A stretch of 51,360 nucleotides of DNA, from IMG/VR virus record IMGVR_UViG_3300045988_172722, positions 1 to 51,360 of that record, one strand, 5' to 3'. Below are positions 8,476 to 17,596 of this stretch, in pieces. A program made the position numbers and the translations under genes. This stretch comes from a virus. How positions within the stretch are numbered: position 1 is the first letter of the stretch; every line of letters begins with the position of its first letter. Under the pieces are notes generated by a model. The model ran no database searches and had not been told where the DNA came from. It worked only from the letters and a program-made list of their open reading frames with translations.

Positions 8476-9567
8476 ATGAGCTTAGTATTAACTCGTATTC
8501 AGAACACTCTTGCTAATTCCAGATTGGATAAGTATGAGTATCGTGCAAGTAGGTACGGCGCGCTCGATGCTTTTATGGTGCAGTCGAATGACCCTACAGG
8601 TATTTTAACCCCTGAGTTGAAAGAGAAGGCTCGCACTTCTATCGGCACTACTCTTCAAACTCCAGTAATTGACTATGATGCAGATATTACTATTGGTAAT
8701 ACTCGCTCTTTGACAATTGCTGATAGCGAAAACACTTCTCGGTTTGTTGACATTACGTTTGCTACCTATTCGTGGGGCTTTACTATTGCACCGGCAATGT
8801 ACATGAACAACGAAATTGGTATTCAGCGTGACTTTGACACTAAGTTGATGAAGTATGCATACGCTGTCGCAAAGAAACTTGACGAAGCTGCTTTGGCTGT
8901 TTTGGCTGCAGATAAAACTCAGGTTCTTAAGAACAAGCTGTTGTATGATTTCTCAACTAATGCATTGAATGCAAAGTGGACAGAGCGTGAGAACGTATTT
9001 GGTGACCTTGAGGTACTCATGGGAGCAAATGACTTCTATGGCCAGTTGCATATCATCGGTGACCCTGGAGTTGAAAGTATCATGCGCAAGTTGCAGCAGC
9101 ATGGCTTGTACAATGACGTAAACAAGCAGAATGAGTTTGGCAACAAGATTATTCACTTGACGAATAACCTTGCAGCAGCTAGTGGTAAATACGCACAGGG
9201 TTATGCTGTAAATGCAGGTTCGCTTGGAATGTTATTGCGCTATGAGCGCGATTGCTTGCTTGGAACTGTTTCAGGTGACGGTCATGAATGGGGTATTGCT
9301 ACTTATCCCGTGATTAACATGCCTGTTGGTACATATTTCTATGACTCTGTGGGAGACTATAGCGCTATTGCAGGAGCTGCTACTGCTGATATGACACGTA
9401 CTCGCAAGGAACATTACGGATTTGCAGTCGATGTGGCATTTATCACTGCTTATAACAGCGATAGAGCTACTTTGCCTAGTCCTATTCTTGCATTTAATGT
9501 TGCTAGTGAAGGTGCTGTATATGCAACGCCTGTTGATGTTGTTAAAACAGTAGCAGCCGGTGCCTAA
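8476..9567 (+). CDS. Putative major capsid protein
   Basis: The ORF is 363 aa and follows the scaffold-like gene. Codon usage is noticeably more GC-rich and biased than in its neighbours. A strong hairpin terminator follows directly. Confidence 0.6.
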   Translation: MSLVLTRIQNTLANSRLDKYEYRASRYGALDAFMVQSNDPTGILTPELKEKARTSIGTTLQTPVIDYDADITIGNTRSLTIADSENTSRFVDITFATYSWGFTIAPAMYMNNEIGIQRDFDTKLMKYAYAVAKKLDEAALAVLAADKTQVLKNKLLYDFSTNALNAKWTERENVFGDLEVLMGANDFYGQLHIIGDPGVESIMRKLQQHGLYNDVNKQNEFGNKIIHLTNNLAAASGKYAQGYAVNAGSLGMLLRYERDCLLGTVSGDGHEWGIATYPVINMPVGTYFYDSVGDYSAIAGAATADMTRTRKEHYGFAVDVAFITAYNSDRATLPSPILAFNVASEGAVYATPVDVVKTVAAGA

Positions 9568-9644
9568 AGGTCATTCAATAGTGATTTTAACAGCGATTTC
9601 GCTATTGGATAAATAGCAAATCTTTGAGTTGTTATTAGCTTTGG

Positions 9645-9688
9645 CAGGAGGCGCTGAGGAAAAATACCTTAGTGACCTCCTGTTTTTC
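9645..9688 (+). terminator. Rho-independent terminator after the capsid gene
   Basis: The stem CAGGAGG (9645-9651) / CCTCCTG (9676-9682) has additional inner pairing and is followed by TTTTT (9683-9687). Confidence 0.7.
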
Positions 9689-9705
9689 ATTAAAATATAT
9701 AAATT

Positions 9706-11529
9706 ATGGTTAGAGCTATAGATATACAAGAAAAATTACTCCATTTAATAGGATGGGAGCAAAATTATGACACATCAGACTTAAAAATATCTGATGCTTT
9801 AACTGTGAGCGAAAGTGGTTTATATTTTCAGCAAATTCATCCGCTGCTGACCTTGCAGAATATGGCATGTATAGCTCCTGACTTTAAGAATATAGAGTTT
9901 CCTGAATACGAGGATAAAGAGTATTCTAAGGGAAATATAGTAAGCTATAATGGTAAGCTCTATAAGCTTATACAGGATAGTAATAAAACTATATATCAAG
10001 GTGACGAAATAAAAAATTATCTAGTAGCCGAGGGACAAGACCCGCAATGGCAGGACCAAGAGAAAACAGGTGTAACTGAATTTTCAGGAACTACACGCCG
10101 TACTGATACGTCTTATGCTTTTAATGTATATATAGTACCTGAGCTTGAGCAAAATAGTGAATTTAGTCTTAAAGCATTTATTGCAGAGCGTAGTAATAAG
10201 GGCAAAATAAAAAGTGTTAGCCTTTACATGAATATGGTAGGCGTAAGTATATCGTCTGAAATTGAAAATTATGCTCGTATGGTATTTACGTGGGGTCCTT
10301 TTGAATCAGATGATATACTAATTTCAGGCGCTAAAGGCACAATACATGTAGTATTGAAATGCGATAATGAAGTTCCAGAGCAAATTTCAGAAGAATTGCT
10401 CATAAATATACATGGCATAAAGCCCGTAGCAAATACTGAGTCTTATCAAATAGTTTTTCGTATGAATGACTTTATAGCAGAAGTCATAAATGAAGAAAAT
10501 ACAAATACCTTTATAGCTCCAGACAATAGTGAATATTGGGTTGAAACCAATCCATTTTCTGAGTGGCTTGAAAGCAAAACAAAAGCTAGTATTCAAAAAG
10601 CTATTTCGCGGTATTGCAATGAAAAAATCGCGCAAGGCACACATAAGACTTTGTGTGAAAATAGAACACTATTTGATGGGACTGGTCGTTTAGTAGATGT
10701 TGTAAAGAATAAGAAAAATCTAGTTGGCTTTGAGATTGTACCTGTAAGAGCAAAAGGTGTAACTACGAAAATCAACAAGATAGGTTTACAATTTACAGAA
10801 CCTGGAGAATATACTTTATATCTTATGCATTCTAGCATGGATGCACCAGTCAAGATAATAAAGCTTAATAAAATACGTAAAAACAGTATAGAGTGGTTTT
10901 CACTTAACGATATATATCTACCATACCAAAGTGACCATAATGATGCAGGCGGTAGTTGGTATTTGTGTTATTTTCAATCTGAATTACCAGAAGGTAGTCA
11001 AGCTATAAGAAAGGACAAAGATTGGTCTAAAGAGCCATGTGGCTCATGTTCACGCAAAGAGTTATTAGCTTGGCAGGCTTGGTCTAAGTATATAGAAGTG
11101 CATCCATTTTTTGTCAATGAGGAATTGATTGAAATAGAAGAAGAGCCACATTTGTGGGATGTTGAAAACAATCAATATACCTATGATAACAACTATGGCT
11201 TAAATCTTGAAATAACAATAAGCTGCGATATTACAGACTTCATAATTGAGCAGCGAATGCTGTTTCAGGATATTATAGCAAAGCAAGTAGCGGTAGATAT
11301 GCTCCGTGAATTTGCCTATAATGCTAATGTTCGTACAAATAGGCATTCAATAAATGCTTCTAGACTTGATATTCTATATGAAGTCGATGGTGACTCTTCA
11401 TCTATGAAAAAATCAGGCCTTAGCTATCAACTCGATATGACATTTAAGGCAATTAAGCTTAGTACTGAAGGAATAGACAGAGTTTGTCTTCCTTGTAAAA
11501 ATAATGGCATAAAATATAGAACTGTATAA
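9706..11529 (+). CDS. Hypothetical large structural protein
   Basis: This is a 607-aa ORF in the morphogenesis block. No motif recognised. Confidence 0.6.
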   Translation: MVRAIDIQEKLLHLIGWEQNYDTSDLKISDALTVSESGLYFQQIHPLLTLQNMACIAPDFKNIEFPEYEDKEYSKGNIVSYNGKLYKLIQDSNKTIYQGDEIKNYLVAEGQDPQWQDQEKTGVTEFSGTTRRTDTSYAFNVYIVPELEQNSEFSLKAFIAERSNKGKIKSVSLYMNMVGVSISSEIENYARMVFTWGPFESDDILISGAKGTIHVVLKCDNEVPEQISEELLINIHGIKPVANTESYQIVFRMNDFIAEVINEENTNTFIAPDNSEYWVETNPFSEWLESKTKASIQKAISRYCNEKIAQGTHKTLCENRTLFDGTGRLVDVVKNKKNLVGFEIVPVRAKGVTTKINKIGLQFTEPGEYTLYLMHSSMDAPVKIIKLNKIRKNSIEWFSLNDIYLPYQSDHNDAGGSWYLCYFQSELPEGSQAIRKDKDWSKEPCGSCSRKELLAWQAWSKYIEVHPFFVNEELIEIEEEPHLWDVENNQYTYDNNYGLNLEITISCDITDFIIEQRMLFQDIIAKQVAVDMLREFAYNANVRTNRHSINASRLDILYEVDGDSSSMKKSGLSYQLDMTFKAIKLSTEGIDRVCLPCKNNGIKYRTV

Positions 11530-11530
11530 T

Positions 11531-11998
11531 ATGGCTGTAAAAAGATATAACGCGACACTTCGTAACCTTGAATACAGATTAAGAGCATTCAAAGACAATT
11601 TGCCTATGTATCTTGAAGATATTATTCGTGATAAAGAAGATGTGATAGTATCTGCAATAGCAGATGACCAGCTATATCGTAGAGGTATTAACGGTCGAAG
11701 TGAAAAGATTATGAGCTATATGCCTTATACAACTAAGACAATACAGAATAAAAAGAGAAAAGGACAGCCAACTACTAGAGTTACTTTAAGAGATACTGGA
11801 GCTTTTCACAAATCTATGTTTGTAGTGTTTGACTCAGAAGGATTTTATGTAACAGCTAGTGATGAAAAAACAGAAAAGTTAGTAAAGAAATACGGTGAAG
11901 AGATATTCAGATTGACTGATAAAAACTTCACAAGAATAGTTCGTTCTCACATAAGAAAAGAGCTTGTTAAACGATTAAAAAGAGCTATAAGACAATGA
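11531..11998 (+). CDS. Putative head-tail joining / virion morphogenesis protein
   Basis: The ORF is 155 aa and tightly packed. The segment VTLRDTGAFHKSM resembles the TGxL/F..S motif of tail-completion/morphogenesis proteins (weak). Confidence 0.4.
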   Translation: MAVKRYNATLRNLEYRLRAFKDNLPMYLEDIIRDKEDVIVSAIADDQLYRRGINGRSEKIMSYMPYTTKTIQNKKRKGQPTTRVTLRDTGAFHKSMFVVFDSEGFYVTASDEKTEKLVKKYGEEIFRLTDKNFTRIVRSHIRKELVKRLKRAIRQ

Positions 11999-12630
11999 AA
12001 GAAAATTCTGTACAAATAAGATATAAAGATAATCCTGTACTACTTGATAAAGTATTACAGGATATGCAGACAACTCTTTTAGTTAAGCTGCCGTGGCTTA
12101 ATTATGCTTTTGGTAGAGCTTATAAACTTGTAGAAAATAGGCCAGATGGCGCTAAGTTTATATATCCCGCAGCTTATAATGGCAATGGAGAATATGTATC
12201 TCTTTTACCTAATGATAATTTTGGTAACTTTTCATGGTTTGATATTTATGACCCGCAAAAAATCACTCAGGTTGTACAATCTTTACCTCAATATACTTTT
12301 AGCGGTGCTATCGTTTTTTGGTATGACCTTAGCAGCATTTACGAAGATGAAATGGTACTTCATACAGAAGAGGTTAAAGATGAAATAATACGGGTACTGA
12401 CAACGCCAGGAGTTATTACAACGACTGGTAAGCTTACTATCGATAATATATATGAACGTTTTGAAAATATATATAAAGGGTACTCTATAGAAAAGATTTA
12501 CAATAATTATGATTATTCTGGACAAAACATACAAGATATTGATAAGCAATTCTTTATGTACCCTTATGCAGGAATTAGAATTGAGTTCACTTTAACAACT
12601 AGAGAATTATGTCAACGGTATATTTTATAA
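11995..12630 (+). CDS. Hypothetical tail-module protein (possible tail tube)
   Basis: The ORF is 211 aa and overlaps the previous stop (ATGA). The assignment is by position only. Confidence 0.4.
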   Translation: MKENSVQIRYKDNPVLLDKVLQDMQTTLLVKLPWLNYAFGRAYKLVENRPDGAKFIYPAAYNGNGEYVSLLPNDNFGNFSWFDIYDPQKITQVVQSLPQYTFSGAIVFWYDLSSIYEDEMVLHTEEVKDEIIRVLTTPGVITTTGKLTIDNIYERFENIYKGYSIEKIYNNYDYSGQNIQDIDKQFFMYPYAGIRIEFTLTTRELCQRYIL

Positions 12631-12881
12631 CATTGCTTTCGGCTTTAATATATATAGCCTTAGCAGCAGCATTTGTTATATTGCTGATTGGAAAATTGGG
12701 CATAAGAGATAGTATAATTGCCAAAGCTCCTAAGCTGGTTTCTCAATTATTCGATTGTGATTTTTGCTTAAGTTTTTGGATGTCGCTTATTCTCGCTGTC
12801 ATTCTCGCTATTTTCTTTAATGAGTTTAGTATTTTATTTATTCCGATAATATCAACTCCTATAACGCGAATTTTGATATGA
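12609..12881 (+). CDS. Small membrane protein
   Basis: The 90-aa product has at least two hydrophobic helices (LLSALIYIALAAAFVILLIG and FWMSLILAVILAIFF). It contains two in-frame ATTCTCGC copies. Confidence 0.5.
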   Translation: MSTVYFITLLSALIYIALAAAFVILLIGKLGIRDSIIAKAPKLVSQLFDCDFCLSFWMSLILAVILAIFFNEFSILFIPIISTPITRILI

Positions 12882-13648
12882 AAAGCCTACTTATAAATAA
12901 AAAAATTGTACGAGTTTATGATAGCATAGATGAAATGCCTATTGTAAATTTTCAAAAATACAATAAATATCTGCTTATTGACTCAGGTATTGGGTCAGAT
13001 GTAGATGATATTGACGCCCATATAATAAAGATAGCAAAGTACATAAAATCAAATAATAATAAAAAGGCTTTGCAAGAACTACAAAATATGCGACAAAATA
13101 TCTACATGGTAAATAGTGAAATATCTCCAAAGTATTTAGCTTTTGCTGCTCTTATACACAGCGTGGATGGAAAAGAAGTTAACGATTTGTCAGACGATGG
13201 ACTTAAAAAATTACTTCAGGACCTTAAAGAGGTTAAGCATTCTAAAGTCATAGATTTTCTTTTGTGGCTTAAAAAAAAAGTCACAAGCGAACTAGAAATA
13301 TACTTTCCGGGTGATTTTATAAATCCGAAGGAAAAAGAAGCTTATGACAAGCTTAAAGCTAGAACACTTCTTGTATTGGACTCAGTTATAAATGATACTG
13401 ATAACTCAGAACAAATTGAGGCTATAGATATAATGATGCTTAATATGCATACGCCAAAAACATATATAGGAAATGAGTCTGTTGAGGTTAAATATGATAA
13501 GCAATTTGAAAGTACTTGTTTAATTATAGCTCAAAAAACAAATATGGATGCTAGAAAAATGACAGTACTTCAGTTTTACAACGCTATAGATAATATCAAG
13601 ACTCAGGCAGAAGCAGAGGCTAAAAGACATAAAAACCATAAAAAGTAA
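12878..13648 (+). CDS. Hypothetical protein (possible tail assembly chaperone by position)
   Basis: This is a 256-aa ORF immediately upstream of the tape measure gene. Confidence 0.4.
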   Translation: MKSLLINKKIVRVYDSIDEMPIVNFQKYNKYLLIDSGIGSDVDDIDAHIIKIAKYIKSNNNKKALQELQNMRQNIYMVNSEISPKYLAFAALIHSVDGKEVNDLSDDGLKKLLQDLKEVKHSKVIDFLLWLKKKVTSELEIYFPGDFINPKEKEAYDKLKARTLLVLDSVINDTDNSEQIEAIDIMMLNMHTPKTYIGNESVEVKYDKQFESTCLIIAQKTNMDARKMTVLQFYNAIDNIKTQAEAEAKRHKNHKK

Positions 13649-13653
13649 AAGAT

Positions 13654-16600
13654 ATGGCCGAAGACGATAAAATAAAATATAGTGACATAATTCAACCAGA
13701 TGACTCATTAGAAAAGCTTGTAAAGCAACTCGAAGACATCAACAAGAGTTATGAAACTATGACAAATGCTATAAGAGCGGGTGCAGATAGAGTTGTGCAT
13801 GCTCTTAAGTCTGTTAGTGGAGCTACTAGCGATGGCCGTAAAAGTATAGATGAAGCAACAGCTTCAACATCTAGACTTGAACGAGCGCAGAAAGAGCTTA
13901 AATTAGCTTTATCAGATACTGGTAAACAGATAGCATGGCTTAAAGCGCAAACATCAGATGCAAATAGAACTACTGTAGAACAGCAGCGCTATTTGCAACA
14001 AGCTGTATCTTCTTATGACAGGCTTAAATCTGATTTGAAAGAGGCTGTATCATTATATAAGTCGCTTACTGATGCAGAAAGAGCAGATAGCCAAATGGGT
14101 CAACAGCTTCTTGGTGATATTATCAACCTTAAAAATCAAATTAAGGCTCTTGATGATACTATGAAGCCTCATATTCAGACTTTAACTGAGGTTGAAAAAG
14201 CTGAACAGAGGTTAGCATATTTACAATCAGATGAAGGCAAACGACTTACGGAATTAAAAAGAAAAATATCTGAGTTGACTTCTTCTAGAAGACAACAACA
14301 AGCTACTATTGACCCTATAGCTCAAGCGCAACAAAAATTAGCTTATGCTCAATCTGAAGAAAATCAGCAATTAAAGTTATATTCGACTCAGATAAAAGAA
14401 GCAAATAGAGTTGCTCAGCTTCAAGCGACAATAGCTGCTTCTGCTGAAGGGTCATATAATAGACTTTCAGCACAATACGAACTGAATAAAATAAAGCTTA
14501 ACCAAATGTCCGCTGCTCAAAGAGAAGCGGCAGATGGAGGCAAAAAGCTAGAAACTGAAACTAATGCTATTTATCAGCAGATGATAAAGTTGCAAGAAGC
14601 TACCGGCAACTATAGATTATCTGTAGGACACTACCAAAGAACATGGGATGGCTTAGGTATATCTATTTCTCAGGTAGTACGAGAACTTCCCGCAGCAGCA
14701 GTTTCACTTAATACATTCTTCTTAGGTATCTCAAACAACATTCCTGTGGTTGTTGATGAGATTAACCGTTTACGTGCACAAAATAAAGCTCTTCAAGCAG
14801 AAGGTAAAGCTACAGTAAATGTAACAAGGTCTATTATTAAAGCTCTATTTAGCTGGAATACCATATTAGTAGTATTGCTTACTGTATTATCGATGTTTGG
14901 CGGCCAAATCATTGAGTGGATTGGTAACTTGTTCAAAGGTAGAGCAGCTGTTATCTCTCTTAATGAAGCATTAGATAATATAGCAAAAGAATTAGAGGAG
15001 ACAAACGGCGGATATGGCAATAACATAGTATCATTAAAACAACTCCAGCAAGAATGGAAAAATCTTAAAACTACTGCTGAGAAAAATCAGTGGATAAAAG
15101 ATAATAAATCAGAATTTGATAAACTCGGCGTTGCTGTTAATGATGTAACAGATGCCGAAAATATCTTTGTAAATAATACAGAAGCTGTTATTGAAGCTCT
15201 TAGACTTAGAGCAAAAGCGGCAGCTGCTCAAAAACTTGCAGCTGAACAGTATGAAAAAGCTTTAGTTGCAAGAAATAAAGCTGAAACAGAACAAGCCCAA
15301 GGTCCTTCAGGATGGGACAAATTTCAAAACTGGTTTATACAAAGTAGTTTAAGAGCTGGTGAAGGAGGCTATGTTCCTCAAGCTAATCTTAATTTAGCAG
15401 ACCAAGTGTCGGCTGAAGATTTTAAGCAACAGCGAATTAAGGATTTGAATAATGAGGCAGATGCGGCTGAGAAAACAGGCGATGCCTATTTTGATTTAGC
15501 AGCTGGATATGAAGCTGCGGCTAAGGCTGAGCTTAACGCCGCTGGAGTAGATGCAAATCATAAAAATGGGCATAAAGGAAGAAAGCCTCGTGACCTTACT
15601 AGCATTATTAACCAGAATGGAATAAGAATACAAAAGGAGTATGAAGAGAGCATAACAAAATTACGCAATGACGAGTATGCTAAAAGACGTAAAGCTGCTG
15701 CTGATGAGGTACAGAATGAGAATAATAAGCTCAGAGAAATGTTCCGTAAAAATGAAGAATATGTAAAGAATGTAGACGACAAATATAAAGAGCTTACAGA
15801 AGACCAGAAAAAGCAAATAACTCAACAACAAGAATGGATAATACACACTGTTGCTAATAACTTAAAAGCATTATCACTTGAATTCGAAAAAATACAAAGA
15901 GAACAAGCTGCTAATTCTCTTAAGCTTCAACGCGAAACTCAGACAGGAGCCGTTAGCCCAACTCCTATAGCCAAAAATGCTCCTAAGAATACAGAAACAA
16001 CTGTTACTACAAACGTAACTGTTACTCGAGATGCCTCTCAGATGGAAGCCTCATTGGTGGAAGAAAGAGAGCTAATGAGACAAAACCTTGAAGCTGAATA
16101 TAAGTTGGTATTAGATACTAATGCTAAATTATTAGCAGCTGGAGATGAGCATGCAAGGTCTGAAGAAGAAATACTTATTGAGCTTAATAGGAAAAAGCTT
16201 GATTTGTATGCTGATTATGATAAACAAATACTTGATGCTAGAGAGCGCGATATTGAAAATCAGCTTGAACTTGTAAAAAAAGGTTCAGAAGAAGAGTTGC
16301 AGTTATTATTACATCAAAATGAAGTACGTAGGCGATTAGCGTTAGCTGAAAATGCTGCTAAACCTGCTGCTGAGCAAGTAAGTAGCTCTGTGATAAATGC
16401 TCAGTTTAATAAGTCTGCAGCTCAAACAAAAGGCTCATTTGAGATGACAGGCTTTGATGAGCAGCAAGCTTTAGATGAAGCTATATTTAATGAAATAAAG
16501 CGAAGTGAGACAGAAACAACTCGATTTAAGCTTGAACAGGAAAAGGCTAGATGGGAAAAGCAGATAGCACTTGCTGAGTCCGGTGGACTTGATTGGAGCC

Positions 16601-17592
16601 AAGCTCAAATAGATGCAGCAAAATCTACTGTAAAAGGTATTGATAGAGAGTTGTCTGAACTTGATAATTTTATTTCTAATATAGGTAAAAAAGGTCTTGG
16701 TGGTAGTCTATTAGAGAAGCTTGGTTTTGATGATGACCAGATTGATGCATTAGGAGATGCTGTAAATATAGTTCTTGAACAACTTCAATCTATATTGGAT
16801 GCAGAGGTAGAACTTGCAGAACAAGCTGTAGAAGCAGCAGAAGAGCGAGTTGAAGCTGCACAAAAGGCCTATGATGCTGAAGTTGAAGCTCGTAATAATG
16901 GCTATGCTAATAATGTAGCAACTGCAAAAAAGGAACTTGAGCAAGAAAAGAAAAATCAACTTCAAAAACAGAAACAATTAGAAGCTGCTCAAAAGCGTCA
17001 AGCTGCACTACAATCAACTATGCAAAGCGTTTCATTGATTACTGCATCAGCTAATTTGTGGAGTGCATTTTCTTCTGTGCCTATAATAGGACCAGCTCTA
17101 GCATTATCTGCTATAGCTATGATGTGGACTTCATTTGCAGCTGCTAAAATAAAAGCAAATCAAGTGACCACTAATGCAGCATCTGAAGAATACGGTGAAG
17201 GAGGTCTTGAATTTTTAGATGGCGGTTCTCATGCGTCAGGCAATGATATAGATCTTAAAACAAAAAACAAAAAAGGCAAAAATATGAAAGCAGAAGGTGG
17301 TGAAGCACTTGCTATAATAAATAAGCGTAATACTAGAAAATATAAAAAAATATTGCCAGATGTTATAGAAAGTTTTAATAAAGGAGTATTTGAAAATAAA
17401 TATCTTAACGCATTTGCTAACTCTGATAAACTTAATATAGAATTCAATTCTAATAGTGCTAATATAGATTTATCTAAAATTGAAAATGATGTTATGCATA
17501 TAAGAAAGCAAAATGAAGTTAAATATTATGTATTAAAAGATGGCACTACTATAATGCAATATAGAAATGTTAAACGTATAATAAAAAATTAA
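13654..17592 (+). CDS. Tail tape measure protein
   Basis: The 1312-aa product has very long A/E/K/Q-rich coiled-coil regions and hydrophobic segments (ILVVLLTVLSMFGGQII and VPIIGPALALSAIAMMWTSFAAA). Its position upstream of the distal tail genes is canonical. Confidence 0.85.
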   Translation: MAEDDKIKYSDIIQPDDSLEKLVKQLEDINKSYETMTNAIRAGADRVVHALKSVSGATSDGRKSIDEATASTSRLERAQKELKLALSDTGKQIAWLKAQTSDANRTTVEQQRYLQQAVSSYDRLKSDLKEAVSLYKSLTDAERADSQMGQQLLGDIINLKNQIKALDDTMKPHIQTLTEVEKAEQRLAYLQSDEGKRLTELKRKISELTSSRRQQQATIDPIAQAQQKLAYAQSEENQQLKLYSTQIKEANRVAQLQATIAASAEGSYNRLSAQYELNKIKLNQMSAAQREAADGGKKLETETNAIYQQMIKLQEATGNYRLSVGHYQRTWDGLGISISQVVRELPAAAVSLNTFFLGISNNIPVVVDEINRLRAQNKALQAEGKATVNVTRSIIKALFSWNTILVVLLTVLSMFGGQIIEWIGNLFKGRAAVISLNEALDNIAKELEETNGGYGNNIVSLKQLQQEWKNLKTTAEKNQWIKDNKSEFDKLGVAVNDVTDAENIFVNNTEAVIEALRLRAKAAAAQKLAAEQYEKALVARNKAETEQAQGPSGWDKFQNWFIQSSLRAGEGGYVPQANLNLADQVSAEDFKQQRIKDLNNEADAAEKTGDAYFDLAAGYEAAAKAELNAAGVDANHKNGHKGRKPRDLTSIINQNGIRIQKEYEESITKLRNDEYAKRRKAAADEVQNENNKLREMFRKNEEYVKNVDDKYKELTEDQKKQITQQQEWIIHTVANNLKALSLEFEKIQREQAANSLKLQRETQTGAVSPTPIAKNAPKNTETTVTTNVTVTRDASQMEASLVEERELMRQNLEAEYKLVLDTNAKLLAAGDEHARSEEEILIELNRKKLDLYADYDKQILDARERDIENQLELVKKGSEEELQLLLHQNEVRRRLALAENAAKPAAEQVSSSVINAQFNKSAAQTKGSFEMTGFDEQQALDEAIFNEIKRSETETTRFKLEQEKARWEKQIALAESGGLDWSQAQIDAAKSTVKGIDRELSELDNFISNIGKKGLGGSLLEKLGFDDDQIDALGDAVNIVLEQLQSILDAEVELAEQAVEAAEERVEAAQKAYDAEVEARNNGYANNVATAKKELEQEKKNQLQKQKQLEAAQKRQAALQSTMQSVSLITASANLWSAFSSVPIIGPALALSAIAMMWTSFAAAKIKANQVTTNAASEEYGEGGLEFLDGGSHASGNDIDLKTKNKKGKNMKAEGGEALAIINKRNTRKYKKILPDVIESFNKGVFENKYLNAFANSDKLNIEFNSNSANIDLSKIENDVMHIRKQNEVKYYVLKDGTTIMQYRNVKRIIKN

Positions 17593-17596
17593 ATAT

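Noticed and set aside
12609-13654. Programmed -1 frameshift chaperone pair (G/GT-like) upstream of the tape measure gene
   Set aside because: The two ORFs upstream of the tape measure overlap by ATGA in normal coupled fashion, and I found no slippery heptamer with an extended alternative frame. There is no support for the frameshift.
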